The position numbers were made by a program, and so were the translations under genes. From Vicugna vicugna (lineage: Eukaryota): a DNA stretch of 22,995 nt. Shown here piece by piece: positions 1 to 10,486 of the stretch (positions are counted from its first letter, which is position 1; each line of letters starts with the position of its first letter). The stretch lies in NCBI GenBank assembly GCA_013265495.1, contig MU057728.1, positions 159,767 to 182,761 on the forward strand. The letters are read 5' to 3'. The notes below the pieces were generated by a model, which saw only the letters and a list, made by a program, of their open reading frames with translations, was not told the origin of the DNA and did no database searches.

Positions 1-39
1 ATCAACTCCAGAGTTGATCTGCATATCGTTTAATTTGTG

Positions 40-200
40 GAGGCCACTTGGTTCAGTGGAAGGAGCACTGTTTTGGAGTTGGGAGATCTGGAATTGATTC
101 TCCACTGGATGTGAGGCCTTGGACAGAGCAAAGGCTTCTCTTTTCTGCCTCCTTGAAAGATGAAGGGGTGGGCCCAAAGGTCCTGGGGCCCTCCCCGCCC
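40..200 (+). mobile_element. MIR-family SINE (MIR3/MIRc-like), degenerate
   Basis: ggttcagtggaaggagcactgttttggagttgggagatctgg resembles the MIR 5' tRNA-derived head; ...aaagatgaaggggtgggc...aaggtcc resembles the MIR3 3' part. Confidence 0.65.
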
Positions 201-389
201 TGCTTCTCATGGCAGGAATGAACTTCTGCTGAGCTTTCTTCCTCCTCAGAAATGCCTGGTTGCTCCCCTCCCCTCTGGTGATCAGCTTCTCCCACAGGCG
301 TTGCAGTTCCCGTGGGCAAATAGTTAACACCTGGCTGGGGTGAGGCTTGATTTGTAGCATTTGCTCTATCCATGGTGTGAAGGGGCCCC

Positions 390-880
390 TCGAGCCCATG
401 TGCGCCTCCCCCGGAAGTGGAGTGAGCGTGCGCCGGAAGTGGGGTGGAGACGCAGAACGCAGAAAAGCCAGAGGGAGGCGGGGCCGCCTCTCAGCGGGGG
501 GGAGAAGCTGCGGACTTCCGAGTGGCCTCGTGGGTTAGAAGAGGGCAGGGCTGTTCTCGAGTGGAAGCTGGACTCAGGATGGAGGTACGAGAGCCTCTAG
601 CCGACTCCCTGGCTCCCCGACCCCTTCACCTGGGTCTCGGACCCTCCCTCCGGTCCAGTTGTCCTCGCCTTGTCTGGAACCCCCGTGTGGGGCCCCGCTG
701 CCTCCGCCGACTGCGCCAGCCGCCCAGCCTGGGGGTCGGTGCGGCTTCCGAGGCCCTCTGGCAGCCCTTCTGGGGAGCCGGGCAGCTGAACGGTTGCAGG
801 CAGCGCCCCACTCAGGTGCTTCCAGGGGTGGGGTGGGTGTGGGCTTAGAGATGTCACATCTGGGGGCCTCGCCGCACCTC
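390..880 (+). promoter_or_regulatory. CpG-island promoter, TATA-less, ETS/GABPA type
   Basis: About 33 CpG counted by hand in 390-810; CCGGAAGTG at 411-419 and 433-441; ACTTCCG at 514-520; GC box GAGGCGGGGC at 475-484; NRF1-like GCGTGCGC at ~426-433. Confidence 0.85.
445..584 (+). other. Putative first exon of an unidentified + strand gene (start approximate); may carry ATG GAG at 579-584
   Basis: Lies just downstream of the ETS sites; AGGATGG is a strong Kozak context; followed by donor-like GAG|gtacga and then C-rich and G-run sequence typical of a first-intron start. Confidence 0.5.
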
Positions 881-1074
881 CATATTGTCGGGGAAGAAAA
901 TTGGGTTTTTATAGACTTGCCGCTGGATAAGCTTGGATTAGTCTCCTTTTAGACTTTGGTTTTCCAAGGTAGGGAGTAGGTTGGGTAAGTAGTGGAAGCG
1001 AGCTGATAAGACTTGAATGCAGTGTTGGCCGAGTGTGGGGGGCGGGGAGGGGCACTGAACTGGGCGTTCTGCCT

Positions 1075-1207
1075 GACCTTGCTTCCTCCTGTGTGAAACC
1101 GGGTAATGATAACCCTGCCTCCAACGGTTGTTGTGGGGAATAAACGAGATGGTCTGAGTAAAGCCTTTGATTCAGCGGCGGACTTATCGTAAGTGCTTAG
1201 AAAAAAA
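1075..1207 (+). mobile_element. MIR SINE, 3' half
   Basis: tgtgaaaccgggtaatgataaccctgcctccaacggttgttgtggggaataaacgagat...gtaagtgcttag matches the MIR core and tail. Confidence 0.75.
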
Positions 1208-1475
1208 CCAGTGGAACACCCTGGAAAATCCAAACAGCACGGTGTATGGAAGGATTGAGCTGACTAAATTCTCCCAGTGCTTTACCAGGAACGTGGGTTT
1301 GCATGAGGACAGGTGTGGAGAGTCAGTCGGGGGAAGGCTCTTGAGAAGACCTGGGCGGGGAGCAGGTGGGGCTGCCCAGGGCCGGGGGCAGCTGAGGAAA
1401 CTGCGAGGTGGCTGCTTCACAGACTATAAGACCCTGTTAAAGCCTGGAAATTGATTAAAGGTCAAGGGCTTGACC

Positions 1476-1910
1476 TCACAATAGCCAAAAGTTGGGGAAC
1501 AGCCCAGATGACCACGGGTGGCAGAATGGATAATCTCAGTGTGGCATATCCACCCCATGGAACATTGTGCAGCCAGAAAAAGGAATGCAGTACTGACAAA
1601 TGCTACAACCTCGGCAAACCTTGAAAATCTTACGCTAAGTGAATGAAGCCGGATACAAAAGACCACATGGTATATAATTCCATTTATATGAAATATCTGG
1701 AATAAGCAAATCCAGAGACAAACTGGTGGTTGCTGTGGACTGGGAGGAGGAAGGAATGGGGAGTGACTGATGGGTACAGGCCTTCCTTTTGGGGTGACAA
1801 AAATTCTGCAACTAGGGAGTGGTGATGGGTAACACTGTTAATATACTTAATGTCACTGAATTATGTGTTTAAAAATGGTAAATGTTACGTGTATTTTATC
1901 AGTTAAAAAA
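1476..1910 (+). mobile_element. LINE-1 3' end fragment (L1MB-like)
   Basis: cacaatagccaaaagttgg...gaatggataa...aaaaggaatg...ccttgaaaatcttacgctaagtgaa...tataattccatttatatgaaat...gtcactgaatt, ending in an A-tail remnant. Confidence 0.9.
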
Positions 1911-2232
1911 GGTCGAGTGCTTGTGGTCAGAGTGCAGGAGTGCAGTGAATCTGGTTTGGAGTGGGCTGAGTGGAGACTAGGAGCCTCGGGGACAGGGCGC
2001 TGGGGCAGCAGTGGGGGACATGCTTTCCTTCCTGACCCCTTGCTCATTGGAACACTTACGGGGCTGGGAGGGTCTCTCAGCACCTCCTTACTTGGTCTCC
2101 AAGCAGAAATAGGTCAGCCAACATGGGGGAAATGGGCATCCCCTGATGCCTTCAAGACGTACAGCTGTGGCCATTTTGCCTAATATTGTATAGAAAAGGT
2201 CTGGCACACAGCCTGCATCCTCTTCCTCTTAG

Positions 2233-2266
2233 TCATCTGAGAAGGATGTGGTTCCCTGGATTCCAG
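2233..2266 (+). other. Candidate 34-nt internal exon
   Basis: Acceptor catcctcttcctcttag|T and strong donor CAG|gtaagg, in non-repeat sequence. Confidence 0.45.
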
Positions 2267-2564
2267 GTAAGGGAGCCATTGTTACTCCTGATATAATAAG
2301 AGAAGGGACCTGTAGGTCCGTAGAGGGAATGCTGGTAGGAGCTCGGACCGCTGACCGTGGTTACTTGTAAGCAGCTCATGCCACTGGTAAGAGGGAGTTG
2401 TGTTAACTGACTGAGGACCTGGTTTTCAGAGGGTGGTGTGAAACAGGATGTTTGGCTGTCCAGGATCAGCTGCTGAGGTGAATGACCATCAGATAAGCAT
2501 TCTTCTGAGAAAAGATGGGACCAGACCCATGAGTAAAGATAGATTCTGGCTGAATGAGGAAGGA

Positions 2565-2772
2565 AACAACGTTTATATAACGCTTACTCTGTGCTAGGTG
2601 CTCTTCTCACGTGTTAGCCATTTAATCGTCTCTTCCACCCATGTGAGGTAAGCACTGTGATTACCCCATTTTACATAGGAGAAACGGAGGCACAGAGAGG
2701 TTAGTAAGCTAAGATTCCAGCCGATGTCTGCTGGCCTCAGAGCCTGTAAGTGGCATTGACCGTCTATCATTC
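2565..2772 (-). mobile_element. MIR SINE
   Basis: aacgtttatataacgcttactctgtgctagg...catttaatc...ccccattttacataggagaaacggaggcacagagaggttagtaa is the reverse-complement MIR core. Confidence 0.85.
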
Positions 2773-3168
2773 TGTCGCTCAGTAGTCATACTGGTTAGCC
2801 AGTTTAGGGTAATTCAAAAACTACGCACACACACACCTGATTGTGTGGTAGCATTCTACCAAGACAAACTTCTGTGTCTCCAGGGCACCTGAAACCAAGG
2901 TAGAAATGGAGGTGCAGCCAGTTCAAAGCCACTGTCCTCCACAGGGGCCAGTTAACGTGACCCTTGGGAGTGTGGTTGGTTAGTGTGGGGCGCTGGCATG
3001 GCTGAGGCCATAGGTGCTGGACTTGGGAGAAGCAGTTAGCAGTGACCTGTCCCTTTGGTCACAAGGCAGCTGAGGGAGACAGGGCACATAAATCAGCTTA
3101 TATCTTAAAATAGGTGGGGTGTGGGGGTGGGAGGGGCCTCAGTGCCTTCCTCACAGCACTTGTGTCAT

Positions 3169-4690
3169 AAAAATGCCTGTCGAGAATCAGCTGAAAATTG
3201 TTAAAACTGGTAGGCAAATTCCCCAGGGAGGCCATTACAAAATTAACATACAAAGGTCAGTAATTTTTCTTATATATCAGCAATAGCTGGTTCCAAAACA
3301 GTGTCATAGTGAAAAACATGTAATGGGATATCTGGCCTATAGTAAGTGTTTGTGAATGCAAATTTTTTTTAATGATAATGGAAACAGGCCCCCAATTAGA
3401 ATAGCAAAAAAAAAAATCAAATACACAGAAATAAGTATACCAATAAAAATACAGAATATGTATACTTTTTTTAAAGGACGAAACTTTCCCAAGGGACACT
3501 AAAGAAAAAATGGAAGGTCTTACCATGTTCTGGGAGGGCAAGACTCAAAATTGTGAAATGTCAATTCTTGAAATCTACATTTGGCATAATTCTAGTCAAA
3601 ATCCCAATTGGCTAGGACATGATTCTTAAGTTCAGCTAGAGAAAAGAGTGAGAATAGCCAAGAATTTTTTTTTTTTTAAAGAAGAGTGATGGGAGGGTAA
3701 CTTGCCCTACCGGATTTTTAAAATATTGTAAACAGTATGTTTACATTAGTGTGATACTGGCATAGGAACAGAGAAATCACGAGAACTGAGTAGAAAGTCC
3801 AGAAATAGACTTGAGTGTAAACATAACTTGCATGTGATAAAGCTGTGATTATAAATTAGGAAAAGGATGAGTCAATGAGTAAATGGTGCTGGGAAAACTG
3901 CTGTTTATTTTGAAATAATAATAAAGTTAAATTTCTTCTTCATGCTGTAAACCGGCATAAATCCCAGTTATATATACTTACATGAATTCTTAAAAATTCT
4001 AGCATAAAGCAGATCAGTATCAGTATAATCTTGGAGTAAAGAAGGCTTGATATGATTCAAAAGTCAGAAATCATAAAAGTCGATAGAAATAGAAAACTTG
4101 TGTACTTCAAAAATCTCAACGAGAAATATAAGACAAATTAAAAGCTGAGAAAAATATTTATGATGTGGGTGACCAAAGATTAATATCCTCAATAAATAGC
4201 TCTTAATTCAATAAAGAAGAGATCCTAATGCAAAATTGAGATGAGAAAATGAACTAGAAATTCGGAGAATTTGTACAAATGGCAATAAGCACCTGAAATG
4301 TTTCACTTACTGGTAATAAAGAAATAACATTAACAAGAATACTGTTTTAAAAACCTTATTAAATTGACACTATTTAGAACGCAAAAAGGAATTCCCAGTG
4401 TTGAAAGGGTTGGGGAAGTTGGCATTCACCTACTCTGGTGATGGGAGGGTAACTTGGTACCAGTTTTATGAAGGGTGATTTGGCATCGCGTATCAAAATG
4501 TATTCACTTCTAGGAATTTAGCCTAAAGAAGTGGTGACGTGTGCCAGGAGTTAGCTACTAGGTTCCTTACTGCAGTGTTGTTTATAATAACAAATGAGGG
4601 AGGCAACCAAATTCTTTCAGTAGTGTTTTAGTTAATTATGGAATAGCCATATAATTATTTAAATATTTGTGAAATAAAGAGATACAATAT
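3169..4690 (+). mobile_element. Ancient LINE-1 (L1M/L1ME-like), ORF2 3' portion, decayed
   Basis: A-rich 1.5 kb with L1 ORF2 landmarks: aaaattaacatacaaaggtcagta, ccatgttctgggagggcaagactcaaaattgtgaaatgtcaattc, gtgtgatactggcataggaacaga, aaatggtgctgggaaaactg, cacttctaggaattta; no intact frame. Confidence 0.85.
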
Positions 4691-4787
4691 ATTGCCAAAG
4701 CAGGTGACACATTACACATGGGGGTCAACTTTGGTGAAAAGACTGGCTACAGAGCATTTCAAATTATTTCACTGCATTCATATATTC

Positions 4788-5016
4788 CTATGGTTCTCAG
4801 CCTGGGGCTATTTTGCCCCCAGGGAACATTTGGCCATTTCTGAAGACGTTTTTGGTTGTCACAGCAGGGAGAGGGGTGCTGCTGGCATCTAGTGAGTCTA
4901 GGCCAGGGATGCTGCTCACCATCCTGCATTGCACAGGACAGGCCTCCACAGCGGCCCCCACAACAGTGGGTTCTCCAGCCCCCAGTGCTAATAGGAGTGC
5001 CGAGTCTGAGAAACTG
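4788..5016 (+). mobile_element. MER20 non-autonomous hAT-Charlie DNA transposon, near full length
   Basis: tggttctcagcctggggctattttgcccccagggaacatttggc...ggcatctagtgagtctaggccagggatgctgct...tgagaaactg; flanks atatattc / gtatgttt differ only by transitions (decayed 8-bp TSD). Confidence 0.92.
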
Positions 5017-5444
5017 GTATGTTTTTACGGGGTAACATCCGTGTGTTCCCTCCAAAAGCATTGAGGAGGGGGTGCTGCTGCATTCACAGATGGACCCGCT
5101 CGTTTATTAGTTACGCATCACATTGAAACAGATGCAGCTGAGGGTTGAGAAAGTGAAGTTCTCTGAAGTCAGCAAGCATTTCCTGCATCATCATAGGAAA
5201 TGCTGTGTTCACATCGCGAAGTGTCTGCCTGGTCCTTTTTCCATGATGAGTTTTAGCCCAGCCTAATACAAAATGTATCCAAAATTTTGAGCTTTACTGT
5301 ATATTACTATATTTTGAATTCGTGTGAGTTCACTGTTTAAATTTTTATGATGAAAACTCTCAGGGCAGTGGTGAGAATCGGATGGTTGGACCCCCACATT
5401 CCTCTTGCCTCAATTTAACATTTAACATTGTGCCCCATTTGCAT

Positions 5445-5672
5445 CAACAATTTTTTTTTCTGAAATATTTTCCAAGAAAAGCTTGGACACTGACATTTCA
5501 CCCCAAAACATTTCAGAATCCCATTTCTGAAAAAGAACATTTCCTCCAAATTCTGAACAGTTATTATTACACCTAGCAAAACTAATAAAAATTCTTTAAT
5601 ATCGCTTGATGCTCGGTCCATCTTCCAGCTTTCTTGGTTGTCCCCCGAATGTCTTTTACAGCTGGTTTACTC
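5445..5672 (-). mobile_element. LINE-1 3' fragment (L1MC-like)
   Basis: catttcaccccaaaacatttcagaatcccatttctgaaaaagaacatttcctcc...attacacctagcaaaactaataaaaattctttaatatc...aatgtcttttacagctggttt resembles the L1MC4/5 3' UTR in antisense. Confidence 0.75.
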
Positions 5673-6068
5673 AGTGGTTTCGTTACTAAGACATCATGCC
5701 ACAGTGTGTCTGTGTCCTGCTCCTGAGTGGCTTGGTCTGCCTCTGAGGGTAGAGGGCGCGTGGAGTGGCATGTCAGGTGGAACGTGCTGCCAGCACATTG
5801 CCTGTCACCATCGTTAACTTTGTGCTTTTAAGGAAGAGGCATGGCTGTGTCTGGCCCGAACTTTGGGCTTTGGGGGCAGGGATGAGAGCTCTGAGCTCCC
5901 TTCAAGGGAGTGTCCTTGAGAAAGGGGCATCCCCACCATAGAGGGGACACAGAAGCCAGTCACCATCTTAAGTCCTTGCCACTCCTCTCCGTGGTGGGAG
6001 CAGGGGGTGCAGGAGCTAAATGATGTTTGCCAGTGACTTTAGGTGTCATCTTGGAGAAGGGTCTGAAG

Positions 6069-6238
6069 CAGGTTTCTTAGCCCAGCGCTGCTGACAGCGG
6101 GGCTGGAGCACTCTCAGTGGTGGGGGCCGTCCTCCGCGCTTCTGGTGTGGTACAGCATCCCTGGCCTCCAGGCCTCCGGACGGTTGTGATAATTAAATGT
6201 CCCCCAGGGGCAAAACAGCCTCTGGTTGAGAACCTCTG
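6069..6238 (-). mobile_element. MER20 DNA transposon, internally deleted
   Basis: caggtttcttagcccagcgctgctgaca...cagcatccctggcctc...aaatgtcccccaggggcaaaacagcctctggttgagaacctctg is the reverse complement of MER20, with both termini present. Confidence 0.88.
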
Positions 6239-6504
6239 GGTTAAACCCGGGTTTCCTGACATCGGCTCAGTTCCCCAGAACGTTCCAGGAAAAGAACCAG
6301 AGGCTGAGCCAGGGGACACGGGGGCTCTTCCCGCCCTGGCTGGGGTCTGGACTGATCCGGCTGTATTAGGTTGGACCAAATGGAATTCCTGTTCTATTTG
6401 ACGACCATTTGTGACGCACAAAAATGGCCATTGCACATGGTCCGACTTAACTCTTTCCAGCCCCTTGGCTGGGAGACCCTGCTCTGGGCAGCCTGCCTGG
6501 TGCA

Positions 6505-6632
6505 TTTTTTCCCTCTGTCTCTCTGACTCTGCTTTTCTCTGCCTCTTTGTCTCTGTCTCTCTTCTCTGTCGCCTTCCTTACTCCCTTACTTTCCCCATCT
6601 CCTTTCCCCACCCCTCTCCTCTCTTCCCTTTT
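6505..6632. repeat. CT-rich low-complexity polypyrimidine tract
   Basis: About 125 nt almost entirely C/T (tctgtctctctgactctgcttttctctgcc...). Confidence 0.8.
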
Positions 6633-7351
6633 TGGGGCCTGCACAAAGAGCCAGGGCAGAGTTCAGACTGGGGTGAACAGGGTGGGGAGGGCCTGCTGCC
6701 AGGGGTCTCGGTGGTCACTCTGGAGGGGGCACAAAGGAAGCCATTTGCATTGGGGGTTTCGGGACCCTCATTGTTTCCCTGTGGCTGGGCCTTTGCAGGT
6801 GGAGCTGCCACCAGCATCTGAGGAGGATAAAGGAATGAGCTCGAGGCCAGAGGAGCAAGTGGAGGCGGAATATTTAGACCTTCTGGAAGCTCTTTCCACT
6901 GGGGACTCAAAGGAGTGGCTGATGGGAGTGGGACAAGTGACAGGTGTCAGGAAGAGAGAGGATTGGAATCCCCAGGGCCCACCCCTGTGTCATGCAGATG
7001 TCACAGGGTCATTGCTGGCAGAGACTGGGGGTTGGGAGCGTGCAGGCTGCAGAGCTAGGCTGAGGCGGGGTGGATGCAGAGACCCCTCAGGTACACACCC
7101 CTCAGGGTGGCCCCTGCCCGAAGCTGTACCTGGAACCTCCCTTGGGATTCCTGCCATGGCTGAGGTCTGGGTGCTGGTGGGAGGGGACGCACGGTAATAG
7201 GCTGTGTTCAGCGCACGGTCAGTCCCCTCTCCTGTCCCAGCCCCAGCAGAACCTCAGTTGCCAGGAAGTTATCAGTAAAGCCATCCAAGCCCAGAGGTGG
7301 TCCCTTTGATTTCTTAAATTCCCTGCCAGATTTAAAAGTACTCCAGACTTA

Positions 7352-7372
7352 AAATAATAATAGTAGTAGTAA
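7352..7372. repeat. Short (TAA)/(TAG) trinucleotide repeat
   Basis: aaataataatagtagtagtaa. Confidence 0.7.
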
Positions 7373-7732
7373 TGTCTCAGTGTGCTCGGGCTGCCGTAAC
7401 AGAACACCATAGACTCTGTGGCTTAAACAACAGAAATGTGTTTTCTCGAAGTTCTGGAGGCTGGAAGTCCAAGATCAGGGTGCCAGCTCTGTCGGGTTTT
7501 GGCAAGTCTCTTATTGGCTTGCAGACTGCTGGCTTCTCACTGTGCCCTCACCTGCGGGGAGAGAGCTCTCTGGTGTCTTCCTATGCGGGCCCTAATTTCG
7601 TCCTCACGGCCCCTTCCCCATGACCTCCCCTGACCCTAATCGCCTCCCAAAGGCCCTGCCTCCAAGTACCATCACATTGAAGGTTAGGGCTTCCCCGTGG
7701 GCATGTCAGTGGGACAGGTTCCGTCCATGGCA
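7373..7732 (-). mobile_element. MLT1A/B-like MaLR solo LTR
   Basis: tgtctcagtgtgctcgggctgccgtaacagaacaccatagact...ggcttaaacaacagaaat...gttctggaggctggaagtccaagatcagggtgccagc...cctaatcgcctcccaaaggccc...accatcacattg; TG...CA termini. Confidence 0.92.
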
Positions 7733-8590
7733 GGCGGTAACAGCAACGATCCTAAATGCTGTCGTTTACTTACTGGCGTGGATTTTGTGTTTCATGACCC
7801 TACCCCTACCCCAATTAAAGTGTCCTGCAGGCCAGTTGATAGCTCTGGGCGCGGTCTTCTCAATGAAATGAAGGAGTTGGGCTCATGATCTATTTGGCCC
7901 CCTCCTGCTCAGTATTTCTGGATCCTGCCTGGTGGAGAGACTGTGATCTCCATGCCTGATGGTCACAGAACCTGGGCAGTTGCCTTGTGGGATCTTTCAG
8001 GGTTTTGTTGAGGGGACCCCAGGACATTTGGACCAGGAAGGGTACCCAGACCCAGGGGAGAGAAGGCAAAGAGGAGAATGGACTGGGGACATTGTCTGCC
8101 CACCGGCTGGGTGTGGACCTAGACCTTCAGTGTTGTAAGGAGCAACATGGCCTTGAGGTGGGGGAGGCTGCTGGCTGCCTCCTAGCTGCACAGACTGTCC
8201 CCCACCCCAGCCCACCTCCTCTCTAGCGGGACTCAGTCTCTGCTGCTTGGCTCACTGCTCCTACAGCTGTGGGTGTGGCCCGTGGAACCAGCCCCTGCTC
8301 TGCCTCGAGGCGTGAGCACACAGATCCTGGGCCTTGTGTCTCTTCTCCCCAGGGCGGGGCTTTAGCTCAGTGAGAGCAGTGAATCTGCGTTGTGAGAGGC
8401 ACCATGGGCAGAGGCCAGCTTCTCTGGGGAGGACCGTGGCCTGGGGGGATTTGCACTGTTTTGTGGGCTCTGCTTAAGAGTCACATGTGTTGTAGAGTTG
8501 AGGAAGGGAGAGAGCTGTTTTGTTTGCAGGGGTTAGAAATGAACTGGAGTCAGAAATGAATTTATTTTGCACAAAGAGGTGTCTAAAAAT

Positions 8591-8796
8591 CGGTGGCACA
8601 CTGAAGCCAGCACAGACCTACTCATGGTAGCAGACTGTCAGCATCTCTTCCCAGTCCTCTGTTCAGGGCATTATACTGGTAGTTTGAAATTGGCCATGGT
8701 TGAAATATTTACACCTTGGAAATTGGCACATGCTACGAATCAAGGCTTTTTCCTCCCAGAGAGCTGGTGGTTACACGTTTCTCGACAATTCTCCCG
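8591..8796. mobile_element. MER63-like hAT-Blackjack DNA transposon
   Basis: gcatctcttccca...tggtagtttgaaattggccatggttgaaatatttacaccttggaaattggcacatgctacgaatcaaggcttttt...gagagctggtggttacacgttt matches the remembered MER63A consensus. Confidence 0.75.
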
Positions 8797-8834
8797 AAAG
8801 GCATCCTGGGAGTGGAATTTTGCCTCTTGATACC

Positions 8835-9005
8835 AGTAGGAAACCTAGAGAGAGATCATCTGATCTGACCTCCACATTTGGCAGGTGGGAAGACTGAGGC
8901 CCAGAGGCCAGCTACTTGGCCGAGGTCACCCAGTGGGTTGATTGCAGAATTGAGGTGAGGACCCAGGTCTTCCAGCTTTGCGTTTAGTTCCTCAAGCCAG
9001 CATCC
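8835..9005 (-). mobile_element. MIR SINE (MIR3/MIRc-like)
   Basis: agagatcatctgatctgacctccacatttggcaggtgggaagactgaggcccagagg...cttggccgaggtcacccagtg...gacccaggtctt. Confidence 0.8.
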
Positions 9006-9434
9006 TTTCAAGCAGTAAGCTGTGGAGAGAAATCAAACATGGGGACTTGGAAAAGATTCCTCTTGCTGAAGAGAGGTGAGAAATTCCTAAGTGTTTGGGG
9101 CAGCAGATTTAGTGAAAATGGCTTTAAAATTTCCTTCAAGCCAGGCTGGGTTCGATTTCCTCACATTGTCATCCCTCCCCCTTCCCCAGCAGCACTCCTT
9201 CTGTCCTGTGAGGCCACCTCCTTTAGTCCCAGGTCAGCATCTAAACTCCCTCTGCAGACGAGGATGTCTTCACAGCAGCTCCACTTTCACCAGCTGGAGA
9301 AGTCTTTGAGAAGGTCGTCATCTTTTTAGAGCTGACAGTCAGGGATTGTTCTGGCTCTGTTAATCCCCATCCTCCTTCCTCTTTGTGGCAAATGTGCTGC
9401 AGAGGCTGGGGGAAGAGGTGCAGGGCCAGCCATT

Positions 9435-9855
9435 CATTTGGGTTGTGCAGGTTATTTATTGAGGGGATGTGCTCAGGAGAAATCAGTAGGGGAGTGAGGG
9501 GAGCAGGACAGGGCAGGGGAAGAAGCTAGGAAAACATGTAGGTTCAGGAGAAGTCTGGCCTCAGCCTGTTCCCACTGGAGCTCAGCACAGTGAATCACCC
9601 CAAAGAAGTGGTCTTGCTTTAAAGACAAAAGGGCTGGGTAGTCGTACCTGCCCTTGAAGCTGGCATTTGGCTGTGAACTGCTCTCTGAATGGAGGGTGTG
9701 GATATTTCCAAGCAGAGCAGTTTCCATTGGCCAAGGGCAAGCCTTCAGAGACAGTGCCAGTGTGAGCCGGTAGCTGCCAGGACCTGCAGCAGCCAGAGGT
9801 GGTGCCCTGGCCCAGCACAGGGGCTCAGGGCAGGGCACCCACCATGTCTGCCATA
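9435..9855 (-). mobile_element. LTR16-like ERVL solo LTR
   Basis: gtgcaggttatttattgaggggatgtgctcaggag...ggagtgaggggagcagga...ggcctcagcctgttcccactggagctc...ggccaagggcaa...tgtgagccggtagctgcca...gggcacccaccatgtctgccata follows the LTR16A pattern. Confidence 0.75.
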
Positions 9856-10109
9856 CTTGGTAAGTTATTTGAGGGGATGGCGAGGTTTATTGGGATTTGG
9901 GAACCACCTGTGGATTTGTGTTGTGTTTATTCCCTAGCCCTGCGCTGTGGAAAGACCTGGTGGTTTTTCTCAGGCTTCATGTCCTCTCTGATAGCTAACC
10001 CATTGCTCGATAGAGACAGCCTTGTGCTTTCTCACAGCTCTCTTACCTGCCGCGCGCACACATTGCTGCTGCTGCCCTACTTCACATTCCCTTTACTTCT
10101 TACCAACAC

Positions 10110-10457
10110 TGTCCCAGTCAGGGCAGGCTCTGTGCTGTAACAGGCAGCCCCAACTGTCCATCGCCACTGTTCCTGTCTGGGCGGCTCCCTTCCAAGCAGT
10201 GATTCGGGGGCCCAGGCTCCTTGAATTGTGTGGCTCTGCCATCCCCTAGAGCCTTAGAGTCAGTGGTTTGGAAAGAGAGCATGTGGGAGCCTTTTCCCAG
10301 TAGGCCTGAAATTATCTGCCTTGCCTTTACCCACCCATCCCCTGACCAGACTTGGTCCCAGGACCACACGTAACCACGAGGGGTGCCGGGTAGTACAGTC
10401 CCTAAGCCCAGGAGGAAGCTAACACTGGGTGTGTAACTATATACAGTCTTTGCCGTA
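10110..10457 (-). mobile_element. Old MaLR LTR (MLT1J/K/L-like)
   Basis: agtcagggcaggctctgtgctgtaacaggcagcccc...cagtgattcgggggcccaggctccttgaattgtgtggctctgccatcccctag...cagtctttgccgta. Confidence 0.7.
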
Positions 10458-10486
10458 GACCTTTTTGTTCCCTCTGCTGACTTCAG

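Noticed and set aside
1..18. Perfect inverted repeat ATCAACTC-CA-GAGTTGAT
   Set aside because: Short, at the window edge, no context; plausible by chance
53..373. 106-aa minus-strand ORF with perfect Kozak (accATGG) running away from the promoter
   Set aside because: Its C-terminal half is antisense MIR sequence and I recognise no homology; at most a divergent-transcript ORF
6547..7197. Longest ORF (216 aa), including the exon-like VELPPASEEDKGMSSRPEEQVEAEYLDLLEALS after the acceptor at 6798
   Set aside because: Non-ATG start inside a CT low-complexity tract; no convincing downstream donor; no recognised homology
9258..9313. Exon-like segment after ctccctctgcag (DEDVFTAAPLSPAGEVFEK frame)
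   Set aside because: The donor AAG|gtcgtc is poor and nothing else supports it
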